Assembly: GCF_006345805.1 (NCBI RefSeq)
Contig: NC_042997.1
Location: 200,880,001 to 200,944,000, forward strand
Length of the DNA stretch: 64,000 nucleotides
Source of the DNA: Octopus sinensis
Lineage: Eukaryota
Direction: 5' to 3'
Each line of letters opens with the position of its first letter. Position 1 is the stretch's first letter. The position numbers and the translations under genes are program-made. Below, piece after piece: positions 11,417-24,282 of the stretch. Under the pieces are notes generated by a model. The model ran no database searches and had not been told where the DNA came from. It worked only from the letters and a program-made list of their open reading frames with translations.

Positions 11417-13926
11417 ACACACACTCACATTTACATGCACAATCAGACACTCCAAGTTCAGATTCATTTGAGCCCCATTGCTTCTTTTTGTACACCCAGC
11501 CTATCTTGCTCCCATCCATATGAATAACATCTGTGTGTACATGTCAGCAAAGCCTCGAAAGTGCAAGATTAACCTAAACTTTGTAAAGCTTTCTGTCAGA
11601 GACAATAGGTTGTTCACCTGTTTTTCAGATACTCTTTGGATTATGACAAACCAGTCAGTTGATTATATTAATCTCATTTTTATTAAACATGGGTTTACTT
11701 AATGATATCTATGTTTGGCATCTTTCTCTATTTTAGTTTCTCAGCAATAGCTTTGACATATCTGATCATGTTATTGTTTATCAAACTGCATGTGATATTT
11801 TTAATAGTTAGTTTGTATTTTGATCCAGTTTTATCTATTCATATTTACATGGAGTCATCTACACATAATATTCTGTTTTGTTTTGTTATTTACTAAACTT
11901 TATGTTTTCTATCTTTATAGTGGCTGTGTGGTAAGTAGCTTGCTTATGAACCAAATGGTTCTGGGTTCAGTCCCACTGCATGGCACCTTGGAAAGTGTCT
12001 ACTACTATAGCCTCTGGCTGACCAAAGCCTTGTGAGTGGATTGGTAGACAGAAACTGAAGGAAGCCTGTTGTATATATGTATATATATATATGTATGTGT
12101 GTATATATGTTGGTGTGTCTGTATTTGTCCCCCCGACATCGCTTGGCAACTGATGCTGGTGTGTTTATGTCCCCGTAACTTAGCGGTTCGGCAAAAGATA
12201 CTGATAGAATAAGTACTAGGCTTACAAAGAATAAGTCCTGTAGTCGATTTGTTCGACTAAAGGCGGTGCTCCAGCATGGCCGCAGTCAAATGACTGAAAC
12301 AAGTAAAAGAAAAGTGTGTCATCATCATTGCATTACCACCACCATCACCACCACCACCACCACCACCACTATCGTCATCACCACCATTATCCTCACTACC
12401 ACCACCACAACCACCACCACCATGTGCGTTGTTGTAGTCCTCATTATCACCATCCTCCTCATCATTTCAGCATCAACTTTGTCAATACTTCCATGGGTTG
12501 CACTAATCTATGCCAAGGCAGAATTTTCTATGGCCGGATGCTTTTGCTGTCACCAACATTCACCAGCTTCCAATCAAGATAATATTTCTCTTCTCCAGTG
12601 TAACAAACAGATTTCAAAATAACCACGCTGTATATACATTACACATACACACACACAACCACACACACACTCACATTTACATGCACAATCAGACACTCCA
12701 AGTTCAGATTCATTTGAGCCCCATTGCTTCTTTTTGTACACCCAGCCTATCTTGCTCCCATCCATATGAATAACATCTGTGTGTACATGTCAGCAAAGCC
12801 TCGAAAGTGCAAGATTAACCTAAACTTTGTAAAGCTTTCTGTCAGAGACAATAGGTTGTTCACCTGTTTTTCAGATACTCTTTGGATTATGACAAACCAG
12901 TCAGTTGATTATATTAATCTCATTTTTATTAAACATGGGTTTACTTAATGATATCTATGTTTGGCATCTTTCTCTATTTTAGTTTCTCAGCAATAGCTTT
13001 GACATATCTGATCATGTTATTGTTTATCAAACTGCATGTGATATTTTTAATAGTTAGTTTGTATTTTGATCCAGTTTTATCTATTCATATTTACATGGAG
13101 TCATCTACACATAATATTCTGTTTTGTTTTGTTATTTACTAAACTTTATGTTTTCTATCTTTATAGTGGCTGTGTGGTAAGTAGCTTGCTTATGAACCAA
13201 ATGGTTCTGGGTTCAGTCCCACTGCATGGCACCTTGGGAAAGTGTCTACTACTATAGCCTCTGGCTGACCAAAGCCTTGTGAGTGGATTTGGTAGACAGA
13301 AACTGAAGGAAGCCTGTTGTATATATGTATATATATATATATGTATGTGTGTATATATGTTGGTGTGTCTGTATTTGTCCCCCCGACATCGCTTGGCAAC
13401 TGATGCTGGTGTGTTTATGTCCCCGTAACTTAGCGGTTCGGCAAAAGATACTGATAGAATAAGTACTAGGCTTACAAAGAATAAGTCCTGTAGTCGATTT
13501 GTTCGACTAAAGGCGGTGCTCCAGCATGGCCGCAGTCAAATGACTGAAACAAGTAAAAGAAAAGTGTGTCATCATCATTGCATTACCACCACCATCACCA
13601 CCACCACCACCACCACCACTATCGTCATCACCACCATTATCCTCACTACCACCACCACAACCACCACCACCATGTGCGTTGTTGTAGTCCTCATTATCAC
13701 CATCCTCCTCATCATTTCAGCATCAACTTTGTCAATACTTCCATGGGTTGCACTAATCTATGCCAAGGCAGAATTTTCTATGGCCGGATGCTTTTGCTGT
13801 CACCAACATTCACCAGCTTCCAATCAAGATAATATTTCTCTTCTCCAGTGTAACAAACAGATTTCAAAATAACCACGCTGTATATACATTACACATACAC
13901 ACACACAACCACACACACACTCACAT
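11417..13926. repeat. Direct tandem duplication, unit 1246-1250 bp, two copies
   Basis: The ORF track repeats with offsets of 1246 and 1250. Each unit holds unique AT-rich DNA, a family A SINE and a (CAC)n tract. Junctions fall in (CA)n. Confidence 0.97.
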
Positions 13927-13979
13927 ATGTATATGTAAGTGAGTGTGTGTGTGTGTGTGTATGATGGAAACTAAAAGAA

Positions 13980-14210
13980 GCCATAACAGTGAAGCTAAAG
14001 CATGCAGAGTAAAACCGCTTGGTACAGATTGACTTTGAACTCTGCTATACATGTGCACTAAGTTTTAACGTTCCACATCACTGCTGCTGTTTACAGCATA
14101 GCTTGGAAGGAAGGCGTGTAACGTGTGGCCATGACAGAAAAGGTTGAACAGAGAATCTGCATAAAATTTTGTCAAAGGGTTGGTGGTACCTGCTCGGAGG
14201 CCAACGCAAA
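13980..14210 (+). mobile_element. mariner transposon, 5' fragment (lacks TIR)
   Basis: Reads (M)TEKVEQRICIKFCQRVGGTCSEA, a mariner transposase N-terminus. Homologous to 14545-14775 in the opposite orientation. Confidence 0.75.
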
Positions 14211-14804
14211 GTTTTCAGTCATCGTTCTCAGCACAATTGAAACCCAAGTGTCTTTTTGGTCAGCTGAAATCAGTTTTGGCACAAACTTGGCAGACAGGCA
14301 TCTCATACCAAAATCTTCAGTGATAATGGATTGAACTGAACCATAACTGATCTGCACATCCTCTGATAACTCACGGATGGCGATTAGATGATTTCTCCTC
14401 ACAGCTGCACGAACACCTTCGATGTTTTTCTCAGTCATGCCGGTTGTGGGTCTCGCAGAACGTTCGTCAATATCGACATTTTTCGGCCATCTTGGAAATG
14501 TCTGAACCACTCGTAGTCTTGTGTGTGGCTCATGCACTCCTCTCTATACACGTTCTACAAGTTTGTGTAGGCCTCTGAGTAGGTATTACCATGACAGCTT
14601 TCTCTGTCATGGTCAATGCAACACTCACACACTACATACCTTCCTTCCAAGCACTGCTGTAAACAGTGGAAGAGAGCTAGAACGTTAAAATTTAGTGCAC
14701 ATGCACAACAGTGGTCAAGGGTAATCTGTGCTAAGTGGCTTTACAGTGTGAGCTTTAGCTTCGTTACTATGGCAACAGTCCGGATACTTATTGATCAGAC
14801 CTTA
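14211..14804 (-). mobile_element. mariner transposon, 5' half with TIR and broken transposase
   Basis: TA followed by taaggtctgatcaataagtatccggac (TIR-like end). Frameshifted ORF ...YEWFRHFQDGR / DERSARPTT...IRELSEDVQISYGSVQSIITEDFGMRCLSAKFVPKL; FVPK corresponds to the WVPH-like linker motif. Confidence 0.88.
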
Positions 14805-15087
14805 TATTACTTTGGCCTTTCTGCAGCAATTTGGAAATCTTGATTTCATTTCTTCCTTTAAGTTTAGGAGGAAATGTAATTCTACAAATTTTAGTTAATG
14901 CATTTTGGATTTGAACAGGAACATTGACAACGATATAATGTGATCCATTATTAGTTGTGCTCCACAGTACAATACTAGTGACCTTAAATGTGATCTTTGC
15001 CTCGAGAAAATGTGTTATATATTTACTTCAAAATTAGAATTACGAACTTGTAGAATCAGAGTAACACTGAAATGTTTCCATAAATAA
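14805..15087 (+). pseudogene. Penelope-like element, decayed GIY-YIG endonuclease C-terminal region
   Basis: YFGLSAAIWKS...STNFS*CILDLN...IM*SII.CAPQYN...KCDLCLEK...CFHK resembles the YIG..FK / T.LS..IW.LK / W.I / CxLClxEK / CxH pattern of Penelope-like endonucleases. Several stop codons. Confidence 0.55.
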
Positions 15088-16789
15088 AGAAAAACATTTG
15101 AATATTTCAATAGTAAATAACACCTTTATTATATTTGCTTTTCCTGTAATCTAAGAAGCATCACTTTTCTAAAATCTTTTAGCATACATAACTAGCTAGA
15201 TAATTAAATGTCATGATACAGAAATTCTGTTTACTTTTTCCTTCTTTCATTATCTATTAACATCATCATAAAATTAAATACTAAACTGCCTTTTCTTACA
15301 ATATTATATTTCTTCTGAATGTTCATTTTTTGCATGCGTTCATGTATTATCGATATTATTTCACTTCACTTCAAATTTAATCTGTGTTGGGTTATCATGA
15401 TAACATTGTGTCAGCATAAACTTTCAGATATATTTCTGTGACTGGTATTTCATACCATTTTTCTATATCGAAATATACTGGTATAATTGGTCCTGTATGA
15501 TATAATAATCAAATAAAGATGCAGTATTCACCTTTTGGTTCATGTTGTTATATTCTCCAGATTTCTTGAAATTCTTCGAAGGGATGGTTGGATATACTTA
15601 CATTACACAAGGAATTACTTTGGATGTTAATTCTATTTGAATTTATTGTTATCTGATTGTTTGATGCAGTTAACCAAGTTCACTTGATAGTAAACACATC
15701 TAGATATCTGTCTGGATTTATTAATTTCTTTTGTCTCTTATGGGCTGTCAAACACACAAATACTACATGTATGTGGGAGAGTCAAAAATTATACACACCC
15801 TCGTTTTTTTCAATGTATTTACACAAAAGCAGGGGATAAACAAGTAAGTCATTTTTCTATATAATAGGTAGTAAGTAAATTTTTCTATATTGTGGGTAGT
15901 AAAGAAATAGGTATTTCTTCTGCCGCTATGTTCTGAGCACAAATTCCGCCGAGGTCGACTTTGCCTTTCATCCTTTCGGGATCGATAAATTAAGCACCAT
16001 TTATGCACTGGGGTCGATGTAATCGCCTTAATCCTTTTGTCTGTCCTTGTTTGTCCCCTCTGTGTGTAGCCCCTTGTGGGTAGTAAAGAAATAAGAAGGA
16101 CAACAATAGGTGTTTTGCTGTAGGGAAGATATATAGTGACCCCAGCTGGAAAAGAAAGTGTAGGGTGGTGAAGATGTGTCAAGGTGCAGGATTTGGAAAT
16201 AAAATATTGGGGTATAAAGCTCCATATGATAAATCTAATTTTCCACCAGTGGTTCTGCATACTATAAGCAATTACAAATGTTTATAATCAATGTAGATGA
16301 TCGGAAATATAAGTAGTAATAGAATTTCATTTGATGTTTATTTGGTAATGTTTGAACTACATAATTTGTGAAGCAAATAATTTTTTGAAGAATTTATGTC
16401 TGTTGCAATCAATCTACTGTTTCAAAGTTAACAGAGCAGATGATGCTTTTTATCAAAGACTTCTCTCCTCGAAGAAATATTGAGATTTTAATTTAGGTCA
16501 ATTGTAAAGGATAACGAATGGTTGGATTGGGGGCAACCATTTAAGTAAGGATAATTAAATTTATTGTGATGCATGAGTGACAATCAGAACCATAAGCATC
16601 TTCTGTCAAATATGTTGGTAGCAGTTGCGGTGGTGGTGGTTTTGGTGGGGGTGGTGGTGGTGGTGGTTGTGGTGGTGGAGGTGATGGTGGAGGAGGTGGT
16701 GGTTGAGGTGGTGATGGTGGTGGTGGGGGGGATAACCAATGCACCAAATACTCCAGTAACTATAGGATGTTATATAGCATTCTTCTAAT

Positions 16790-17640
16790 ATTATATGAAG
16801 ATAAGTTAGATTTGATCCACTTTGGAAAAGTGGATACTATGGAACTACCATGTGCCATTCCACTCGAGTGACTCCTTAGTATCATCCAACAATATCAGAG
16901 ACCTTGGAGTAATTGCTGATAACAATCTAAGCTGGATTCCCCCGTAAACAGCAAGGTTGACTTGGCCCGCAAGATGTGCTCCTGGATTCTGAGAATTTTC
17001 CGGTCTACAGATGCCTACACCAGCCTCCTTCTGTCCTCTGCTTTTGCCCGACCTCACCTTGAATATTGTTACTCACTGTGGTTCCCCCCATACGAAGCAA
17101 CTCATTATGAAAGTGGAAGCACCCCAGGGGTCAATAACAAGAATGATAGACGTCATGAGAGGCATTGATTATTGGGATTAATTAAAAATCTCTACTCTCT
17201 CCAACGCCACTGGGAGCACTACACCATTTGTGTGATGTGGAAAATATTCCATCAATATTGCACAAATGATGTTGGCATCAATTTTAAAATCTGTCCAAGA
17301 CTTGGCCCCCGTGCTGTCTGCCCACTACAAAAATCGAACTCAGGACATATAGCATCATTACGTCACAATTACTTTACCTCAACTGGTCCACCTCTCTTTA
17401 ATACCATACCAAAATACGTCAAAATGGAAATGGATTCCATAAAATTCAAAAGTTCACTGGACAAATTTCTTCAAAGAATCTCAGACCAGCCTCCTACACC
17501 TGGATATGTCTCCAACAATAATAACTCTTTGTGAGAGTGGGCCATGGTACCCCATATATAACTAAAAGACTTCACCAGGTGGTGCTATTAAGTTAGACAT
17601 GGCCTGGACCTATTCTGGCTGAAACCCATCAAAATTATCA
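16790..17640 (+). pseudogene. CR1/Jockey-like LINE, 3' 850 bp
   Basis: RDLGV...WILRIF...ARPHLEYCY.LW.P...LYSLQR...WKIF...FKSSLDKFL..I.DQP, with frameshifts. Same tail as 1440-1880. Confidence 0.85.
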
Positions 17641-19544
17641 AAATTATATCTTTGAAAGATAATAATATCTGGCTATCACTGTTCTTTGCAATATTTCTGT
17701 GTGAAGCAGCAACTCTGAGTATTATAAGCTTCCACACCATCATTTGATCTTGAAAATGAAACAGCTGGAAGAAAGTTCCCAAGAAGAATCCTAAAATCTT
17801 CCAGTGTCAGTCAGCTGGATCAACTCCAGTACCACAACAAGCCTTCAAAGACATACTTGAAGAAATTACCAAAGTTGGAAAAGGCAAAAGCTATGGCACT
17901 GTCTTTTATACCCTTAAAACTGAAAATGCAGCCAAAACACAGAGTGAAATTGTTAGACACACCATTTAGTTCTCAACCACTTAGTTCTGGGTTCAATCCC
18001 ACTGCATGGCACCTTGGGCAAATCTCTTCTACGATACCCTTGGGCAAACCAGATCTTTGCGAGTGAATTTGATAGACGGAAACCGAAAGAAGCCCATGGT
18101 ATAAATATATACCTCTATATATGTATATATTTATGTGTGTGTCTGTGTGTCTGTGTTTGTCACCCCACCATCACTTGACAACTGGTGTTAGTGTGTTTAT
18201 ATCTCCATAAATTAATGGTTCAGCAAAAGAGACCAATTGAATAAGTACTAGGCTTACAAAGAATAGGTCCTGGGGTCAATTTCTTCAACTAAATAACCCT
18301 TTAAAGCAGTGTTCTAGCATGGCCACAGTCAAATGAGTGAAACAAGTAAAAGAGATTATATATCAAAGAAATGGAAAAATGTCATTGAATATGATGTGGT
18401 TTTATGGTTAGAAGTGTCTTTTGTGTTACAGTGAAGGAGAGTTCTCAAAACAGGATTAACAAAAGGTAATCTATGGTGTGGAGATGTCAAACTGGACTTG
18501 TAACTGGACAAAGGTCACTGAACTGTATTGAAACTGTGCCCAGCTGCAATATGATTCAGTGAAAAAAAGGATAGAGTGATATTGAAGGGACTGAGACAAG
18601 ACGTATGTGATTGATGTTAGAGGGTAGAAAACATGGTTGGTATATTTGTCAGAATAAAACATGGCTTATAACTGAATGTCTTGAAGAACTGAGAAAATGA
18701 TGTGAAAACAAGTCAAGAAAAAATAAGAAACATCATCAACAATAACAATAAAAACAAACCCCGTTTTCCAGAACATCGCCTACCATGACTCTTGATATTG
18801 GAAGGGAAATGTTTTTAGGTCTAATGTCACAAATAGATAAAAAAAAAGTATTTAATTTCTGAATAGTATGGTTTTTTTTTTTTGTTCTACACTTACATTG
18901 TGGAATGAAGCAAAATAATAATTACATGAAATGGGAAATAATGTAAAAATAACGTAAAATACAATAATGTAAACAAGTGCAGAGAAACAAATTTCTTCTG
19001 AACAACAGTGAAGCCCTTCCTTAAGAAAATTACAAGAATAATACAAAGACAAAGATGAATGAAGATTCAAGGTTCTTCATAGAGAAAATTACATAACTCT
19101 GGTGTTATGAACTATCAGAAGTTAGAATGATATATAAACTGCAGGCAAAGTATAAACTGCTCCTAAAATTAAAACTAAGACAGTGTATTGATTTTATAAG
19201 AGAATGCCCTTAAGATTTTAATGCTTTTCAACATCAAATGTATAAAGAAATACTTAATGATGCATTTAGCTGAACTCGAGCTTAATTTGAGAAGTGTTTA
19301 AGTGATTGAGCCAAAAATCTTTCATGTTTTATTTTCTTAAAATTATATCTTGTTTTAATTATTGTATACTTTGTTGTAATTATTATTATTTCTATGCAAA
19401 TATGTGTGTTTACCTTCCCTTTTTGCATTTTTTTATAAATGTGTTTTTATTTTTTTTTCATACTCCATGTTATTCTTTCTTTGTAACTCTTAAAGCGTTT
19501 ATGTCTAATAAAGAAAAAAATAATTAGAAAAGATTGTAATTAGT

Positions 19545-19750
19545 AGTGATGTTATTGTTACTACTGCTACTACTACTACTACTACTACTACTACTGCTGC
19601 TGCTACTATTACTACTACTACTATTACTACTACTACCACTACCACTACTATTACCACTACCACTACCACCACCACTACCACCACCACCACCGCCGCCACC
19701 ACCACCACCACTGCCACCACTACTAATACTACTATTTTTATTACTATTAA
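19545..19750. repeat. (CTA)n/(CCA)n trinucleotide microsatellite
   Basis: Directly visible. Confidence 0.93.
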
Positions 19751-20075
19751 TCTATTGAAGATTGACATGATTCTTCACAAAGATAAATATGCAAATCACA
19801 TCACACTCTTCTTATTGCTTATTGCTTATTATTATTATTATATTATTATTCTATGTTTGACTTTTGCTTTATATTTGTACAAGTTGGCTCCAAGTCTCAC
19901 CCAGAGACCTCAAGAGGCAACAGGCTGTTTGTTCGTATTGTTGTTATGCCTAGTGTGCCATATATTTGGTTTTGTATTTAGTGTTGTACAAGTGAATGCC
20001 TAAAACAAAAACTGAAAGTTATGTTTGTTTTAAAACTTGAGGTTACATAGAAAGTATTTTGCATAGTTATTATTA

Positions 20076-20127
<52 letters not shown>

Positions 20128-20144
20128 CATTATTATTATTATTG

Positions 20145-20620
20145 TCATTGCCTTTGCACAGCGTCTAAAGCTAGAGATGTACTACAGTGTTAGCTGTTCA
20201 CTACCAGTGAACTAAATAAGAGGTAACACTTCTTATTTTTCGAGCACCTTCCGGAGTATTCAAGTGGTTCCAAGCAGTGCTGTTTTCTGAAAGTGCTCCA
20301 CCCTTATTGCAGCCCCTAATTGTTCCATGTACTTCTTGAGATTTTTGCTCACTGTTCCCAGGGCTCCGACAATTATTGGTACTACTACCACCTTTTTCAT
20401 TGACCACAACTGCTTAACTTCCCAAGCTAACCTGCCATATCTCTCAACTTTTCTTTCTTCCTTATCCTATACCTCTATGATCCAGCATAGTTTGTTTTCT
20501 TTCTCAATTAAGACTATGTCTGGCTTCCTATTCTCAATCTCATGGTCACACTGAATCATAAAATCCCATAGGATCTTTGCATTTCTATTTTCGACAATGC
20601 CTTCAGGTTTGTGGTCATAC
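20145..20620 (-). pseudogene. R4/Dong-like non-LTR retrotransposon, restriction-like endonuclease C-terminus
   Basis: KILWDFMIQCDHEIENRKPDIVLIEKENKLCWIIEV / KVERYGRLAWEVKQLW...VPIIVGALG...QKTALLGT..ILRKVL. Flanked on both sides by (ATT)n. Confidence 0.85.
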
Positions 20621-20639
20621 CTGGAAAAAAAAAGTGTGA

Positions 20640-20688
<49 letters not shown>

Positions 20689-21218
20689 TCAGTTCATGCC
20701 ATCAAAGTGACACTGGGGTAAAATATACGAAGCCCAATATACCCATCATGACTACCCATCTGATAAGGGTACACTAGGCACATGCATCACAACCATATGT
20801 GCACGACATGGTGATCTCATATCAAGACAAACAGCACATGACCTTGCAGGTGGAGCCCAGTTAGAATTTTCTTCTGGTCGAGTAACCCATCCTGCTCAAA
20901 AGGTCCCTGAATAAAGATTGTTTAAGGATGTTGAAAGAACCACCCATGTTTCCGGAGGTAAATTATTCAAACCCCAAAGAATCCCTCTCAACACATGGCT
21001 ATGATGCTCCCCAACTACTTCTGCTCGTGATCAGAGATGCACATATCGTCAGCCACTAAGGGACATGGTCAACTGGTTAAGGTCAAACAACTGACAAGCA
21101 AATCTGTGGTATTGAGCAGAATATTTGCTGTAGCCCATCTTTTATACCAAGACAAAACAATGTACATGATAACACTTCCAATCAGTTAAGATCAGAAGCC
21201 ATGAGAGCCACTGCCTGG

Positions 21219-21349
21219 TACTGCATCAGGGCATTTATACTGCATCAGGGCATTGGTACTGCATCAGGGCATTTATACTGCATCAGGGCATTTATACTGC
21301 ATCAGGGCATTTATACTGCATCAGGGCATTTATACTGCATCAGGGCATT
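21219..21349. repeat. 19-bp minisatellite (tactgcatcagggcattta), 7 copies
   Basis: ctgcatcagggcat recurs every 19 nt from 21221 to 21335. Confidence 0.95.
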
Positions 21350-21350
21350 G

Positions 21351-21388
<38 letters not shown>

Positions 21389-21409
21389 CATCATCATTAT
21401 TATTATTTA

Positions 21410-21680
21410 TCCTTTTCCTTTTTTCTTCCATTTCTCGCTGAGTGTTTCCTGTACACTTAGGGCAGAGAAGCTCATTGTATGCATTCCCTGATTACACACA
21501 CAAATTCTGATAAAATATGTATTTAAAAATTAATAAATTCATGAATGGATGTTGTCTTCACAGCGATAATGCTCTTCTCGGTAAATGAGATGTTCCAGTT
21601 AACATAATTGTTTGCACTTCCTGTAGGAATGGTAAAGCCTGGTATCATTTTCAAATAGGTTTCAGTACCTTTTAATATTA
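21410..21680 (-). pseudogene. R4/Dong-like 3' fragment (short copy)
   Basis: KGTETYLKMIPG..., near-identical to 26400-26680. (ATT)n on both sides. Confidence 0.8.
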
Positions 21681-22159
21681 TTATTATTATTATTATTGTT
21701 GTTGTTATTAATATTTTTATCATTATTATTATTATTATTATTATTGTTATTATTATTATTATTGAGGTGGTGAACTGGCTGAATTGTTAGCATGCTGGAC
21801 GAAATGCTAAGCAGTATTTCGCCCATCACTATGTTCTGAGTTCAAATTTCGCCAAGGCCAACTTTACCTTTGACGAATTAAGTACCAGGGAAACACTGGG
21901 TTCGATGTAATCAACTAGTCACATCAGCCAAATTTCAGGCCTTGTGCCTAAAGTAGAAAGGATTATCATCCCCCATCATCATCATCATCATTATTATTAT
22001 CTAAGGCAGTGAGCTGGCAGAATCGTTAGCCTTCCGGGCAAAATGCTTAGGAGCATTTTGTCCTTCTGTATGTTCTGAGTTCAAATTCCACTGAGGTCGA
22101 CCTTGCCTTTCATCCTTTTGGGGTGGTTGATAAAATAAGAACTGATGTAATTGACTTCC

Positions 22160-22740
22160 ACTTCCATAATTTGAAAGCATTATTATTATTGTTATTATTA
22201 TGATTATTATTATTATTATTATGATTATTATTATTATCATTATTATTATTATTTTTATTATAAAATTATGAAGATTGACATAACAATTCATGAAGGCATG
22301 GTAAATGAACAAACTGTATCGCACTCTTCTTATTAATCATTATTATTATTATTATTATCATTATTATTATTATTATTATTATTATCATTATTAATTATTA
22401 TTATTAATTATTATTAATTATTATTATTGTTATTATTATTATTATAATTAATTATTATTGTTATCATTATTATTAATCATTATTGTTGTTGTTATTATTA
22501 TTATCATTATCAATTACTATTGTTATTATTATTATCATTAATTATTATTATTGTTGTCATTGTTGTTATTATTATTATTATTATTATATTATTATTATTA
22601 TTAATACTATTGTTATTATTATTATTATTATCATTATTATTAATTATTATTATTATTATCATTAATTATCATTGTTGCTGTTGTTGTTGTTGTTATTATT
22701 ATTATCATTATCATCACCATCATCATCATATTAAGCTCGA
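22160..22740. repeat. (ATT)n-based degenerate microsatellite
   Basis: Directly visible. Confidence 0.95.
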
Positions 22741-23489
22741 TATTCTGCACCTGCAAAAATTAAATAACAGAAACGTCGTGCCCCATAATTCATCTAAAAA
22801 TCTTTTGTAGTTTTAATGGAGCATTAGCTTTGAACATGGAGGGAAGATCTGAGTGTGAAGGATCAACAGTGAATGGAGACTGAAGCTAGAGGAGAAAGGA
22901 TTACATCCGAATTATTTACAGACATCAAACCTTACAGAAATAGAATTACTTAATCATCTAAATTAGATAATTATTGGGGAATGGTTTGTAAGAGTCGTTA
23001 ACATCAATTATAATGAAGGCTGTATGTTACTTGGCAAAGGAAATCACAGACTTTGAAATTGATATATATTCCTGGCACTGACAGGTATTCGTTAAAGCTT
23101 GGAGGTGTTTAAACTTTAGAAGTCATTGAATTTGAATTCCGTCGGAAAGAAACAAATTTCATCGTTGTAAACAGTAAACAGTTGTAATTTGAGTGCCAAA
23201 ACAGTTCTGACGTTTAGTGATTAGCAATGTTTGTAGCAGTCAACAATACGCATGGTAGTCAACAATTTATGAAGCCTTTGAATCTGTGTATAGTCATAAA
23301 CAGTTCACGAGGCATTCCACACTGCTTGTTGTTGTTATTAACAGCCCAGAAGGCATTCAACTGAGAGTCAAAACTATTGAAAAGGTTGCAAAACAAAACG
23401 AAAATTTTAGAAAATAAAAAAAGGGGAAATTTTACCAGTAAAACACCAAAAGAGAATGACTTTCCCCAGACACAAAAGTACATTATTTA

Positions 23490-23700
23490 GATTTGACGGA
23501 TATTTGTCCTCATCTTGTTTGTTGTTAAACACAATATTTCGGCTGATATACCTGCCAGCCTTGATCAGGTGTATTGGGGGAATTTTGAACCTGGGTTCTC
23601 ATTCCTGATGAAGGTTGGAGGGTATATCAGCAGAAATGTTGCATTTACAACAAACAAGATGAGGACAAATATCCATCAAATGTAAATAATGTAAATAATG
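23490..23700. ncRNA. Inverted pair of degenerate hammerhead-motif repeats (family HH1)
   Basis: Minus copy 23528-23572: acac-ctgatca-aggctg..cagcc-gaaa-tatt-gtgtt. Plus copy 23605-23645: ctgatga-aggttg..cagca-gaaa-tgtt. Both carry inactivating changes. Confidence 0.65.
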
Positions 23701-24282
23701 TACTGCTTGTTGTTGTTATTAACACTCCAGGAGGCATTCAATGATAGGTATTAGCAATTCATGAGGCATTCAACAAAAGGCAGTTGTTCACAATAAGCTA
23801 TTCAATAATAGTTGTCAAAAAAATAGGCCCCTGGTGAAGGCATTTGGCTTACGCATAAGGGTGTTCACCTCACAAAAGTAAGGTTGTGAGTTCAATTACT
23901 AGTATCACGTTTTGTCCTTGAGCAAGGAATTTCATTTCATGTTTCTCTTGTCCACTCACCTGGCAGAAAATGAATAGTACCAGTAATTCAAAGGGTCATC
24001 TGTATCACCCTCTGTGTCATGCTGAATATCCTTGAGAACCACATTAATTGTAAGTGTGCCTGTGGAGTGCTTGGCCACTTGCACATTAATTTTGTGAGCT
24101 GGCTGTTCACTGCATCGACTGGAGTCCTCATCCTCGTAACCAGTGGGGTGACAGTAGTAAATAGTAGCCAGTGAGGTACCACCTATTCAATAATATGTAT
24201 TTGGTCAACAATCTATTACATTAAAAAATTATTACTATTTGTAATTGTCACAGTGAGAGATGTTCAGCAACAGTACTTTGGA

